From NCBI GenBank assembly GCA_002633005.1, contig NMRA01000115.1:73996-137995 (forward strand): a stretch of DNA of 64,000 nucleotides. Reading direction: 5' to 3'. Origin of the DNA: Phoronis australis (Eukaryota > Animalia > Phoronida). Shown piece after piece: positions 1 to 11,305 of this stretch; position 1 is the stretch's first letter, and the number at the start of each line of letters is the position of its first letter. The notes under the pieces are model-generated. The model did not search any database, was not told where the DNA came from, and saw nothing but the letters and a program-made list of their open reading frames with translations. The position numbers were made by a program, and so were the translations under genes.

Positions 1-777
1 GTATAAACGGAAATCAGTTAAACTGCTGTTAAGGAACAGCCACGTGTCGCCATCTACAAACAAGTAACGGAACGAAAGGTGCGTTTTCACACACCTTACT
101 TGTAGAGCAGTTAACTTACACTATAGCCTTACAAGTATAAACATGATAAAACAACTAAATGTCAGAGTATCTTGCCACTCGTAACTTAGTAACGACAAGA
201 ATTGAAATGTTCATGTTTGTTCTTTCACTCGTTAATTGCTCTTAGATGGTATTTTCACTTCAGCCATTGTTCTGATCTAAAAGGACACTAAAGCCTGTTT
301 CGACGATTTCAACAAATCCTCGTTCTGTCATCTGCTAATGAGTAATTGGCGTCAACCTTCCAAAGTAAAGACAGGAATCAACTTAAAACTCACACTCCCT
401 ATGCCACAGATTGGACATTATGGTCCTTGGTGGGTGTTTTTCCCCACAGCTGCCTTGTAATTTGCTAAAAGCGTGAATTTTTCTCCAAACTTTTGAGGGT
501 TGTCTTGGGTTACAGAGCATAATTTTGTTTCCGAGAACTGGGTGGGAAAGTCGTTTTTAGCATATTTTAAAAGGCCAAAACTGGGTTTTGGTATCCTTTT
601 AAAAAATTGACTTTTGGTCAAAATATTTCTTCAGCATATGGACAACCAAATTCTTACTGGGGCAGTACTCTAGGTTACAGTTCCTTAATTATTCCACTTG
701 ATCACGTATGACGTGAGACTTCATCACGATGTGTTTTTAGCGCGACCGTGTAACTGTGAATCTTTGGTCTGTATATC

Positions 778-931
778 CAATGGCTGATTTAGGGGGGCAA
801 GGGGGCCATGATGTTCCCCTAAAAGTCTCCTAGATTCCATTTGGTAGTTGAGGGGTGCGAATGTCTGACGGTCAAAATCCTGGCTAATGATCTACCCTGC
901 CCCCCAACTCAAAATCCTGCATCCGCCCCTG
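778..931 (-). mobile_element. Short MITE with CAGGGGCGGAT...ATCCGCCACTG-type ends; second copy at 52411-52558
   Basis: Reverse complement aligns with 52411-52558 (GGATTTTGAGTT, AGCCAGGATTTTG, CCGTCAGACATTCGCACCCC, AATGGAATCT). Flanks ATATC/ATACC suggest a 5-bp TSD. Confidence 0.65.
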
Positions 932-934
932 ATA

Positions 935-2420
935 CCAGCAACAAATTGGTGGCTTGCCTTCGAAAATCGCTATGAGTTTGACTGGTTTCTTATATAGTTC
1001 ACAAACCAATGGGTTCAGTCAGATCGCTTCTTGGCCACGTACTCAGTTTTGCTTCCTGTTTTGCCAGCTGACAGTAGTTCCGGAAATCTGGAACAAGTAT
1101 TCTGGTGTTGATTTGCAGTCCTCTGAGTCAGCCTCCCAATTAGTATCGGAGAATCTCGCACATTTACATCGACTACCTTCTCATACCACATGCCGTAATC
1201 CGGGTAACCCTTCAGGTGACGCATCATACGACTTACTACAGTCTAGTGTTCCTTGGAAGGTGAACAGAGCTTGGTCACAGTGATTTCAGCGTACATGATT
1301 TCTGGCCTTGTCCAAGTTGACAACTGCCGACTGGTGCTGTCTTTTGGCCAACAGCCCTGCAGTCACCATCCGTCTTCACTCCAATGTCAACCGGCGTCTA
1401 TACAGGTTTTGCCTCAGACATCTTGAACTTCTTAAGATCTCTCATGGCATACGTGTAGCTTGGTTGACCCATTCAGATGCAATCAGGACTCTGTTGATGG
1501 TCAACTATTACCCTCTAGAAAAATGTCAATTTACCCTCGTCTGTGACAGTGAACTTGACTGCAAGGGCCTGCTTAACCACTGTCAAACTTCGTTCATATC
1601 TTGCTACCCATATGATGCCCGATGCTAGAGAGAGGTTTGTCTAGAACTGCGTTCCAGCAACGTGGATATTGTTTAAGGCATGACATGTACTTTTGTGTGC
1701 TCATTCACACGATGTTCCTTGTCTTTGTCTCAAACCCCTCTGGTTGTCTCATGTAATCCCCTGCTTCAATACGCCGTTAACGAATGCAGTTGTCTCAACT
1801 TTTGATAAACTGATGGGTTGTTCATCGCAGGTAGGACAATTAGAGTACGAAAACGCTCCTTCATAGAATGCCTAATCACAGTCCTGGTCGTGTTGCTGTG
1901 AGTACCCCTGTGCAACTAAGCGAACTGTGTGCCTTTGTGTAGACTTATCAGCACCTAACTTCTTTTTGAAGGCCTACTTGCATCTGGGTAGTTTGACTAA
2001 GTCGCCTAACTTGTGCTCACGGAGAGAGTTCATCTCCACCTGTACGTTGAAATTCGACATCGCCTCAGCAGCCAAAGATGGTTCTGAGGTGTGATGTGAC
2101 GTGTTCACCCATTCGAGATTTCGCCCCTCCCGTATGGATCTGCGGGGATTAGGTATGTCCTCAGCTGGCACATTTTCTTCGCCGAAAACAGCATCTGGTA
2201 GGTAGGTGTCTCATGCTTCTTCTCAAACCCAGGCTTTGACTCATCGAAGATGATGTCACAACAGAAGAAAACGATTCACACAGTAAAACTGTAACCATTT
2301 CTGTTGCTACTATACATTGTACATGTACGCTGGAAAAGTTGGTTGAAAACATGACTGTACATTTTGTTTGACAGCCTTATATATATTCGCTCGTAGTCTC
2401 TAAACGTTCTCCTATCTTCA
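935..2420 (-). mobile_element. Degenerate Ty1/Copia pol remnant (post-integrase region, RT, start of RNase H)
   Basis: Minus-strand fragments resemble Copia motifs: MRHLKGYPDYGMWY (LRYLKGT..GL.Y), AMSNFNVQVEMNSLREHKLGDLVKLP (AM..E..SL.....W.LV.LP) and YERIYIRLSNKMYSHVF. Many stops and frameshifts; no LTRs recognised. Confidence 0.65.
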
Positions 2421-3245
2421 GGCGTGCAACTATGAAGCAAAACATTAAGAAAAATAAGAGACAAACAAGTTAAAATACATAAAATATATTTCGAGATCAC
2501 ATGTCTCATCACCAGGCAATGAGTGAAAAGAACATATAGGAAGTGACACAAAGAGGGAAATATACGGTGACAGCAGGTAGAGGGGCATACACGCAGAAAG
2601 TATGAATGTATCGCACGGTAGGAAGCCCTCAAACCTAGCGACACAGAGCCAGCGTGCTATTAAAACCTGTCAGTTGATCATTCAGCACAGGATTTTCTTG
2701 ACTGATCACTAGCAACTCCAAAATCTTTAACTGAAATGTGTCATTTAAGCTGCCAAACAAAACGTACAGTCGTGTCTTCAACCAAGTTTGTGTCAATAAA
2801 GGGCTGACTATCGACCTTTACTTTAGAAAGATAAAGTTTATCTAGCCTTGGACACCGTTAGCTATCCGAACTCAACAGCCTAATGCGTTATAAACAGTTT
2901 TAGCATTGTCCATATTGAAGACGATATTTTCTGAACTGCCAGTATTATTGTATTTCAGTAAATGGGATAATACTTCGAAAAACAAACTCGAAACTTTCTT
3001 GAGCTCAAAACGTCAAGGATTTACCGTTTAAACGTCGTCGTTCATAAAATCAAAAAAGATAGAGATTTCGGAAATGACGTCTTCCCATCAATTTCTACTA
3101 ATAATTGGCAGCTGCTAAAAACTAGATTTTTTCTGTTGATGCATTTTGATCCTACCCCAGCCGTTCTACTATTTGGACTGCGTTCTCTGCTATTGAAATG
3201 CTTATTATCCCTTAAATACTTTTTTATTTTTGAGTGTTGTCTTAA

Positions 3246-4902
3246 AGGATAATGCCACCCAAAAAACAACCTACTTTGCATCAATTTAGATCGATAACAT
3301 CAAGTTCAGTTGTTTTACCTGACACCTGACGGCAGACGAAGGTGTTGAAATTAACCAATGACGTAATCGGTTCGAACACAGTCTGTTCAGTCGTTCAAAA
3401 CACGCTTACTGGTGTCAGCTTATCGCTTGAGTTCATCGTATCACACCAATAAATCATCAAAATTCGATTAAAACCCTTACAGATACGTCGAGTTCTTGAA
3501 CAAACCGGTTGTTTTATTTCGCTGCTACGGATTTATAGGTATTTGAACGTACCGTAGCCTACAGTTTGGTAGGCCAATTTACCATGGTCGATTGCGGGAG
3601 TTTGGGGTCTGGTCGCTGATAAATTCGAATCATTTTTCTATGAAATACAGGCAGGAGAACATATCTGTGTGTTGTACTTTTAGACTTGCGATTTTTTCAG
3701 TTATAAACACACGAAACGCTTGTTAACCCAGCCAGTGGCTCGGAGCCCGATCACTTAGGCCGTCGCGGCCGCCGGGACCACGAACATAAACCGGCTTAAG
3801 TTGGAAACTCAACCTCCAGTCACGAAAAGACTATAATAGTGAGCAACACAAATAACGTGCACGCGATTATTTTGGTGAATTAGCCGCAAAACTAAAAATG
3901 TACTTAATTGTCACGGGTCGCTAAGGGCAAGGGGTTCCCCTTCCTCAGAACCGTCAGGGCAAATGTTGTACAACCAGTAACTACGATTTGAATAATGCAT
4001 TTGTACTTGTACATCTAAATAAAGATTTCCCTAACGTGTGACCATAGCATATAAAATCGAGTTATTGTTTCACAACAGCTTTCTCTCAGCAAACATTGAA
4101 TTAGCATGCGCTTACAAGGCCTCGGTGCACGGTCAAGTACCTTAATTACATCTATAAAAAGCCGGTAACGAGGTGGTTTATCCATTGCTGGCTTATCAAA
4201 ACAGTTGCTCTCACGAATACTCCAAAGGCATTACAAATTGTATCTATAATGAGACTGACTTTGTTTCAGTTTTATATAAGCATTGGTTTGGGGAAAATAA
4301 TTCAATTTAAAACAGAACGCAGAATAATAAACGTCAACATGGCAACTCGCGATCCCGACTTAGACGAGACCTCATCAGACGAAGACTTCACTGGTGGATC
4401 GTTAGGTTTAACAGACTATCAGTTCGAACCGAAATATACTGATCAAGAAATAATAGAGAGGCGCCGTGAACATGCACAGGGAGCATAACGTGTGGATAGT
4501 TCTTTGTAAAGACGGCATTCGTCAGATAAATCATTGTCGACGAAATGCCAGCCACAGAAACGGAGCTGTTTTACGGCCTCATACTTGCTATTAACAGCGT
4601 ACTTTTCATTCTTCACTACCGCGAGCTACTTCCTAAGCATTTTGGGCTCTCGAGGAAGTCGAAAAAACGATATACTTGCTTTCCTCGCACCTTCATAGTT
4701 CCTACAAGCGGGAACGATTCACCGCACCACAGCGACATTAAATCTGCAGACGAACCACTGACGTCGCTGCGTCGTTTCTCACCTTCCTCATAGGTTAACG
4801 AGACAGCTCTCGGCAAGATAAGGTCTACCGTATGCGAGGCGATTTGGATATAGACCGCTTAAGAAGATAAAAATGACTAATTAAATCGGGTGGCATTCTC
4901 CT
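3246..4902 (+). mobile_element. Non-autonomous Kolobok-type DNA transposon (1.66 kb)
   Basis: TTAA|AGGATAATGCCACCC at 3242-3260 and GGGTGGCATTCTCCT|TTAA at 4888-4906 give a 15-bp TIR (14/15), AG..CT termini and a TTAA TSD. It contains a truncated acidic ORF at 4339-4488 (MATRDPDLDETSSDEDF...DYQFEPKY) resembling a KolX N-terminus. Confidence 0.8.
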
Positions 4903-4989
4903 TTAAGATAATTCCGAGAGTCATTCCTTGGTTGTCGCATATGCTGATTTCTGATATCTTCATACACGTACTGTAGGCTTTGCATTTAA

Positions 4990-5205
4990 AGGAGAATGCC
5001 ACCCGATTATTTTTTTCTTTTTAACTTTCAAATTGGTATATACATGTACTTATATCAACATCACCTCGTACACAGTAGATCTCACCTCGCCGTGTCGCGT
5101 TAAGCAGTGAGGAACGTGACTTCAAAAAGCAGTGACATCAGTGGATCTTCAGCTGAGTACGTGCCGTCATGACGTGGTGTATCGTTCCCGCTCGTGCGAA
5201 CAATA
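4990..5205 (-). mobile_element. Terminal fragment of the same Kolobok family, inverted
   Basis: TTAA|AGGAGAATGCCACCCGATT at 4986-5008; the sequence is a diverged reverse complement of about 4697-4902. Confidence 0.75.
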
Positions 5206-5391
5206 CAGCATTCTTGGACAAAGATTTCATGTCTGTTTTTGACGTCTTCTGGAATAATTAACAATGATGTACTCATGGTATCTGTTACACCCTTTCCAGT
5301 GATGATGTTGATGAGAGGCATACATTGGGGAAACCAAACAAGCCCTGAAAAGTCATTTCAACAAGCATCGGAGGTCCAGTTATGGGGACTG

Positions 5392-5770
5392 CTATGATTC
5401 TGCAGTTTTTAGTCACATGGCTTCCACAGACCAGTATTTCGCCATGGAAGATGTGAAGATCCTGGATAGAGAAGAAAATTGCTTTCGGAGAGGGGTCAAA
5501 GAAGCTATCTACGAGAGAATTAAGAATCCTAGCCTGAATAAACAGGGGGGCTGCGGTTTCACTTACCTAGGACATGGGATAAGGCGCTGAAGAGAATCCC
5601 GCGGAAACTGTACGACAGATCACATGACAAGTCACGTGTCAACTCAGTGGCCTGATGAAGTCCTCGAGAGGAGGACGCAACGTAGCCATCTCCACATACC
5701 GTAAGTCCAGTAATAGATTTATTGATTCTTATACAATGACCCAACTGGATGACTGAAAACATTCATGGTA
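5392..5770 (+). mobile_element. Penelope-like retroelement 3' fragment (C-terminus of the GIY-YIG endonuclease plus tail)
   Basis: Translates as YDSAVFSHMASTDQYFAMEDVKILDREENCFRRGVKEAIYERIKNPSLNKQGGLRFHLPRTWDKAL, matching the Penelope/Poseidon EN C-terminal pattern SA+..H...+KILDRE..WF.RG+KEAIY.....PSLN..GG. A hammerhead motif follows immediately. Confidence 0.85.
5648..5688 (+). ncRNA. Minimal type I hammerhead ribozyme motif, Penelope-associated, with a core mutation
   Basis: TGGC-CTGATGA-A-GTCCTC-GAGAG-GAGGAC-GCAA-C-GTA-GCCA: stem I TGGC/GCCA, core CUGAUGA, 6-bp stem II, minimal palindromic stem III (ACGT), GUA cleavage triplet. The GAAA box reads GCAA. Confidence 0.75.
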
Positions 5771-6665
5771 ATTTTGTACATTCGAAATAATGTTTTATCC
5801 ATGGTAGTAATCAAAATTTTCGCATTTCCAATGTTATACAAGTTCATTTTTAGGGGTCCTGTTATTCCCTGGGGTCAAAACACCCTCCTCCCCGTCTCAT
5901 CTGGAAACCCTGGGAAAAACCGCGTCTTATGTTTTGGATGTGGTGTCCAGAGTTACTAAACTATATTCTGGAAAAAGAGTTTTTTTTGCACTTTAAATAA
6001 ATCATTAACTGGTCGTTAATTACTAGGCGTCATAATTAATAACCCCAGACATTTTCGCGTCTTAAGTTGCATCATTCTAATTTGGGTGGTGATTATAATG
6101 AAATAAACTTGAAACGGGTTTTGCACTCGAAATTTTAATTAAATGGGGTTTTGGGGCCCTCTTTTGTACCTCACATGAACCAAAGCCTAGGATTGCGCAA
6201 CTTAAAACGCTTCTTTCCTTCAATGGTTGGTGATTTACAATAGAATTAGGCACTAAAATCTTTTGCACTCAAAAGTGTGAATAAAGTCTTGCTGGGTCTC
6301 CAACTAACAGACCCAATTCAAACACATTGCTTGTCAAGGCCTGAGGTTGTGTTATGTCACCTCTTACTCTATGTTAACACACTAAGCGACTCTGTTCGAT
6401 TGGAGCTTAGTCCACTGATTCCTCCAAACGATATACACGCTACATGTCCCGCTAGCCATGTTGTACATGTACGCTATAGTTAACCACGTCACTAATGACA
6501 TTGTATAAAACTGGAGTCAGTGTAAGAAAACAGCAGATACGTTGGAATGTGACAAGCAGAACAATCGTCGAATAGGTTGAAGTTACAAAGACCTGCGAAA
6601 GATTGATTTTGGAACAGCCATTTTTCGATAGCTGACAACGAAGAGCGTGTGTTATTTCAACAACC

Positions 6666-7646
6666 ATGAATTCGTCAGACAGTATAAGTGTTTGGTTTCT
6701 TGACAACACAGTGTCTTTGTATTTTAAAGGAGCTTTTGTTGCACTGCAGGTACTTTGGATTTTTTACATATCATTCAGCAATGGTTTGACGATATACTGC
6801 ATTTTCAAGTATAAACTCTGGAAAAAGTCTTACAACGTTTTCATCGTTGGCCTTGCACTAACTGACTTTTTGGTCGGCGCGGTAGTCATACCCATAGATA
6901 TATGGCGCAAGGTAGTCGTTCAAGTGTTGTGGGCAGACAGTGGAACGCCGAGTGGGGTGGATTCAACTATATCCGGTTGCATGGTTCTCGTTTTTGTCAC
7001 CGTTTGGCCGATACTTTGTTCCTACATTTTCATCATGCTTATTTCAGTGGACCGAGTTATCAGCATAGCTTTCCCTCTTTTTCACCATACAGATTCGAGT
7101 AGTAAAAGGAATGCTGCGGCTGTTATTGTCGGTTGCCTCCTGAGTACCAGTGTTCTTGGTTCGTCATGCTTGATTCCAGTAATCACCGATTCACCTTACA
7201 ACCCCTTCACGGAGACTTGTAACTTCAACCTCGTGCCCAAAAAGATGAGAATAATAACTTCCGTTATAAATGGTGGCGTGCCATTGTCCGTCAGCTATGT
7301 TTGTCACGGATTAGTCGCCTACAAGGCATGCCGATCCCGAAATGCAGTAGCTCCGGCTAACAACGCAGTAGTGAATAAATTAAAAATTGCAAAGGGGACG
7401 TTCTTAATCCTGGGCACGTTCACTGCGTGCACGATGCCTATCGTTTTGTTGAAAAGCTTACTGAGAGAGAGGGGGAAGTATACACCTACTGTTCAGTACC
7501 TTGATTACATCTTTCCGAACCTTTCCTACCTCAATTCGGTATTAAATCCTTTTATATACATATATTCCTATCCTGAGATACGAAAATCCGCCAAGATGGT
7601 GTTGCGTATGGTCTATGAAAGACATGCGGTGTTGTCGTCACACTAA
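6666..7646 (+). CDS. Intronless class A (rhodopsin-like) 7TM GPCR, paralog A, 326 aa; orphan or candidate chemoreceptor
   Basis: Open 326-aa ORF with ACCATGA start context and seven hydrophobic segments. Motifs: N1.50 (SNGL), LAxTD (D2.50), C3.25 with an ECL2 Cys, DRV (DRY-like), FTACTMP (FxxCWxP-like), NSVLNPFIY (NPxxY), helix 8 EIRK. AATAAA at about 7745. Confidence 0.93.
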   Translation: MNSSDSISVWFLDNTVSLYFKGAFVALQVLWIFYISFSNGLTIYCIFKYKLWKKSYNVFIVGLALTDFLVGAVVIPIDIWRKVVVQVLWADSGTPSGVDSTISGCMVLVFVTVWPILCSYIFIMLISVDRVISIAFPLFHHTDSSSKRNAAAVIVGCLLSTSVLGSSCLIPVITDSPYNPFTETCNFNLVPKKMRIITSVINGGVPLSVSYVCHGLVAYKACRSRNAVAPANNAVVNKLKIAKGTFLILGTFTACTMPIVLLKSLLRERGKYTPTVQYLDYIFPNLSYLNSVLNPFIYIYSYPEIRKSAKMVLRMVYERHAVLSSH

Positions 7647-8230
7647 TCTAGAACGTTAATCGATCGTTAATCAGGAAGAGTTATCAAAGTACTGTTGATT
7701 GTGGTGCGGATATTCAACTTGCAATGATGCCAACTATCTCTCTAAATAAACCAACCAAAATAAAAGAAACTGTGATAATTGCGACTTCAAGAAGACGGCG
7801 GTTTCAAGTCTGTCAATATGGAACTGATCAACCAGGGGTTAACTTTATGGTTTAATTGGGTCCGTGGCAAACGCTTTAATACAAATGACGAGGTAATTTA
7901 TAAGATGTATCCGAAGCATCTTTTCATTCGTATTTTCACATGGACGTTCTGGTAATTTTGAACATTGCCGTTGTTATATGTAAACATTAATGATAACTCT
8001 TTGTTCTACCCAAATCTGTACAATGCAGAGTTAATCTTTCGTGATGACTTTTTAGGCAGTGAAAGCTAAATTTATGGAAAAATTTTATGAAAAATATGAC
8101 TTGAATGATGATTCTATCATATCGTTGTATTCGCTGGCGACGACTTTGAGGAAAGTTACGCAGCTGGACTTTATCATAGGTTCCTTTGTACGCTCTAGGG
8201 AGAGCCCCCGTTCCCTTCAAGAGGGATAAT

Positions 8231-9732
8231 AGCGGATTTGCAGCGACGCCATATTGAAATTAGTTAAAATGGTGCATTGTGGGTGCTGTGGTCAGGATTC
8301 CGAAAGCGGCCATAGTAACAAGCATAATACGCGGTATGAGCGTGAAGAAAACTTACGGCGGATACACTTGTTGTGTTCCTGGCTGCTTCAAAAACAACAA
8401 GAGAGATAAAAATCTGAGTTTGTATGTGTTCCCTGCAAACCAAGAACTTCGTGAAAAATGGATAAACAACATTAGGAGACCTGGGAGTAAGGGGAAATTT
8501 AGCGCATTCAAACGAACGCGGGGCCATCTAGTAGGCAACACGTAGCCCCTCGGTTGGCCATGTAGGGGCTACAATACTTCCATTCGCTTTCTGTACTCAT
8601 TTCGTTACTCCAGTGTATTTTAAACGGGCCGTGACCGGATTTGGGTTACCGATTTCGAGTTTTCACCTCGTCAAAAATACACTCTACACTTAAAACTATC
8701 ATTTAAAAAACGCTTACTTTCATCATTGGTCCTTTCTACTTCTATACATATCTTTAATGAAGCTTAGTTGTGAGAATTAAGTTGACTTTGGCGAAGAATT
8801 ACAACTCCACTTTTTTGGTTGCCGTTAATTTTATCACCGCGTGCGCGATAACTACAAAGCATGTCAACTGAATCCCGTGAGTTAGGCGCAAGGTTAGACT
8901 GAGCGAAGCGCGTGACGCTAGCGCGCGACACTTGTAAAATAGCATGAGAAGGTATCGGGTGAAACTTGTAAGATGTGTGTCCCTTGGACTTTTTATTCGT
9001 CAACATGCGTAATTTCACGTAACTTCCTCAAAATGGCACCCGGTAACCGTGACTGAGAGAAACTCGAACAAACCGCGACAGATTTTCATCGATTCGTTCA
9101 AGTTTTGCTGACTAAATTGTATCCAGAGTCGTGGTATGTGTTAATTATAACTCCGTGTTCCTATATGTATGCCGGGTTCATTTGATTTTATTTGCTGTAT
9201 TTTGAAATGAGTAACTTTTTGTGAGGATGTACTATCGCCCCTGAATGCCTGCGGCATCCAGTGTGATGTAATTGCCTAGGGGCCATCGTGTGTGCAGCGA
9301 ACATTTTCCTGGTGGAAAAAAGACTTATGAGAACAACATTCCGACGGAGTTTTCACTTAAAATTAACGTCTCTAGCATATCCACGACGAAAGCTACAAAA
9401 GTTAAGCAACCCAAGAACTCTCAACTTGTCTGAAATAGGAGGAGATTTTGAAATCAACGCCGATAACCCCAATACTGAACACGGCGACAGTCGTGCTCTC
9501 GGTCACACGGTCACTGATCATAGCTACGCTGTGTTTACAAACGAGAGAGAAGACTTGCTTGGTATTATAAAGCAAAAAATGAAACATGTTTTTTAGTTTG
9601 CAAATCACTCCAAATGCACACACTATCCAGCCTGCTCAAGACATGCCTGACCACAAGCTATCCCATGAGCCTTCGCGAAGGAAGTAACTCGCACATGCGC
9701 AATGCGTAGTTCGTCTGCGCTGCAAATCCGCT
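8231..9732 (+). mobile_element. ISL2EU/PIF-Harbinger-type non-autonomous element with a THAP gene fragment
   Basis: Perfect inverted repeat AATAGCGGATTTGCAGCG / CGCTGCAAATCCGCTATT (AG..CT ends, AT TSD); absent from duplication copy B. The THAP (MSVKKTYGGYTCCVPGC..FP..LREKWINNIRR..GH|RVCSEHF) is split by a nested insertion, with DHSY downstream. Confidence 0.8.
8528..9279. mobile_element. Nested non-autonomous DNA element interrupting the THAP domain
   Basis: Flanked by the direct repeat GGGCCAT (8521-8527 and 9280-9286). Ends CTAG(TAG)GCAA...TTGCCTAG. Removing it restores T-R-G-H-R-V-C-S-E-H-F. Confidence 0.8.
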
Positions 9733-10911
9733 ATTGAATAGTTGTACTGTCGGGACAGGTGGAGTTTCCCGCTGTGTTTTCGCGAGATTCGATCCACAGT
9801 ACCCTTCCCGGCTGTGGACAAGACGAACCTGCCACCTGCCAGAATAATGTGCTAGTATTGTAATGAATATCGAGAAGCTGTCAAAAATAAACAAAGAAAT
9901 TGCTGATATCCCTAAATCAGAAACTCACTCAAAATGACCAGAATGGTGGGGAGTTTTCCAATAACTGTAGTTGTATTATGGAGCAACTTGAACGCATCAA
10001 TAAAATACATGTGAGTAACACCAGCAAGTTAAAGTCCAAGGATTGTGTCGCCACCAAATATGTCGAAAGTACTAAAGTTTTATCTTTCCTCATGCACATT
10101 ATCCGTTACTGAGCAAAGAACTCTGTCAACTTGTTATTGTTAATTGGCATTAAAAATATTTTAAAACAGTCTATCATAGGTTATTCAGTAGTATTAGTGA
10201 TGACAGATAGTGTGTTAAGCATTGCTTGAAGTTATCTAAGGTATGAATCTAGCAACATACCTTAGCTTCATTCTCTAGGAGCTTCAAATACGAAATATAT
10301 ACGACCGTGTGAAAATTTGTTTACTACAGTACATGTACTTATCCGAGGTCAAAGGTTACAGGGCTGTCATTCAAATCAAATCTTGCCTGAGCTATAGAGC
10401 AGTTCCGTACAGCTGTATATACCCTGTCCTTTCACTCACCCAATCGCCATCGGTCTGTATGCATACATGTACGACCTTTGAGAACAAATGCACTAGTCCG
10501 AGTCGCTTAGACTGTGTTAACGACACGGCAAGTTTCGAAATAATTTTTAAAAACTCTCAACCGAATTCATTTCATTGAGTGATAATTTGATTTATTGGTG
10601 TTTCGATCTCGTCCACACGAAGCACTTTAACTAATGACTCTCGATTTCTGTTGTCCCGTTTCGTACCTTTTTCACATCAATTTCTCCTGCTCGTGGTGTG
10701 TATCACAATGAACTGTTGACCTACCGTACGTAACTGCTGACCTCGAGCTTGACCTAGCATTCACAAAATTAAACAATTTAGTGATAATTAAGTTATTTAC
10801 GAACCGCAAATTCAGTTGGCATTGCGAGTGAATCTTGAAATAGTCAAAATAGTGAAGTCGTCTGTAGGTAATGTTGCCCACAAACAAGTTTTCCCCAAAT
10901 AATTTTGTGCT

Positions 10912-11223
10912 AACCGGCCTCATACGTGGTATTAACGGCGTACTTTTCATTCTTCACTACGCGAACCACTTTCGAAGCATTATGGGATCTCGAGGAAATC
11001 GGAACACGGTACATGGATACCCGCTTTCCTCGCAGCTTCATAGTTCGCCCAAGCGGTAACGATACACCATATCATAGCTGTACTCACTCTGCCAAAGATC
11101 CACTAACGTTGCTGAGTCGTTTCTCACCGTATTCACAGGATAACGCGACCGTTTAAGAGGTGATGTGGGTATAGACCGATTAAGACGGTAAAAAAGACTA
11201 ATTAAATCGGGTGGCATACTCCT
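10912..11223 (+). mobile_element. Terminal fragment of the Kolobok family seen at 3246-4902
   Basis: Aligns to 4573-4902 (CGGCCTCATAC..TACTTTTCATTCTTCACTAC..); ends AATCGGGTGGCATACTCCT|TTAA at 11223. Confidence 0.8.
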
Positions 11224-11305
11224 TTAAAGGGGTTCATATCTTCTGCCTTACCGATAGTGTGAGGAACGCCTTGACAGCCGTGGATGCAGAGTCAGCTTTT
11301 TTGAC

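Larger units (their letters stand above)
6300..10908 (+). repeat. Segmental duplication copy A (GPCR plus flanks); homologous to about 31905-35770
   Basis: Collinear non-coding homology upstream (GCTAGCCA..GTTGTAC..GCTATAGTTAACCACGTCAC), downstream (TAATCTAGAAC..GATAATTGCGACTTCAAGAAGACG) and on to GCAAATTCAGTTGGCATTGCGAGT..GGTAATGTTG. Copy-specific insertions are present. Confidence 0.9.

Noticed and set aside
6666-7646. Opsin or aminergic receptor assignment for the GPCR pair
   Set aside because: Position 7.43 is Tyr, not the retinal-binding Lys, and 3.32 is Thr, not Asp; no gene symbol can be supported.
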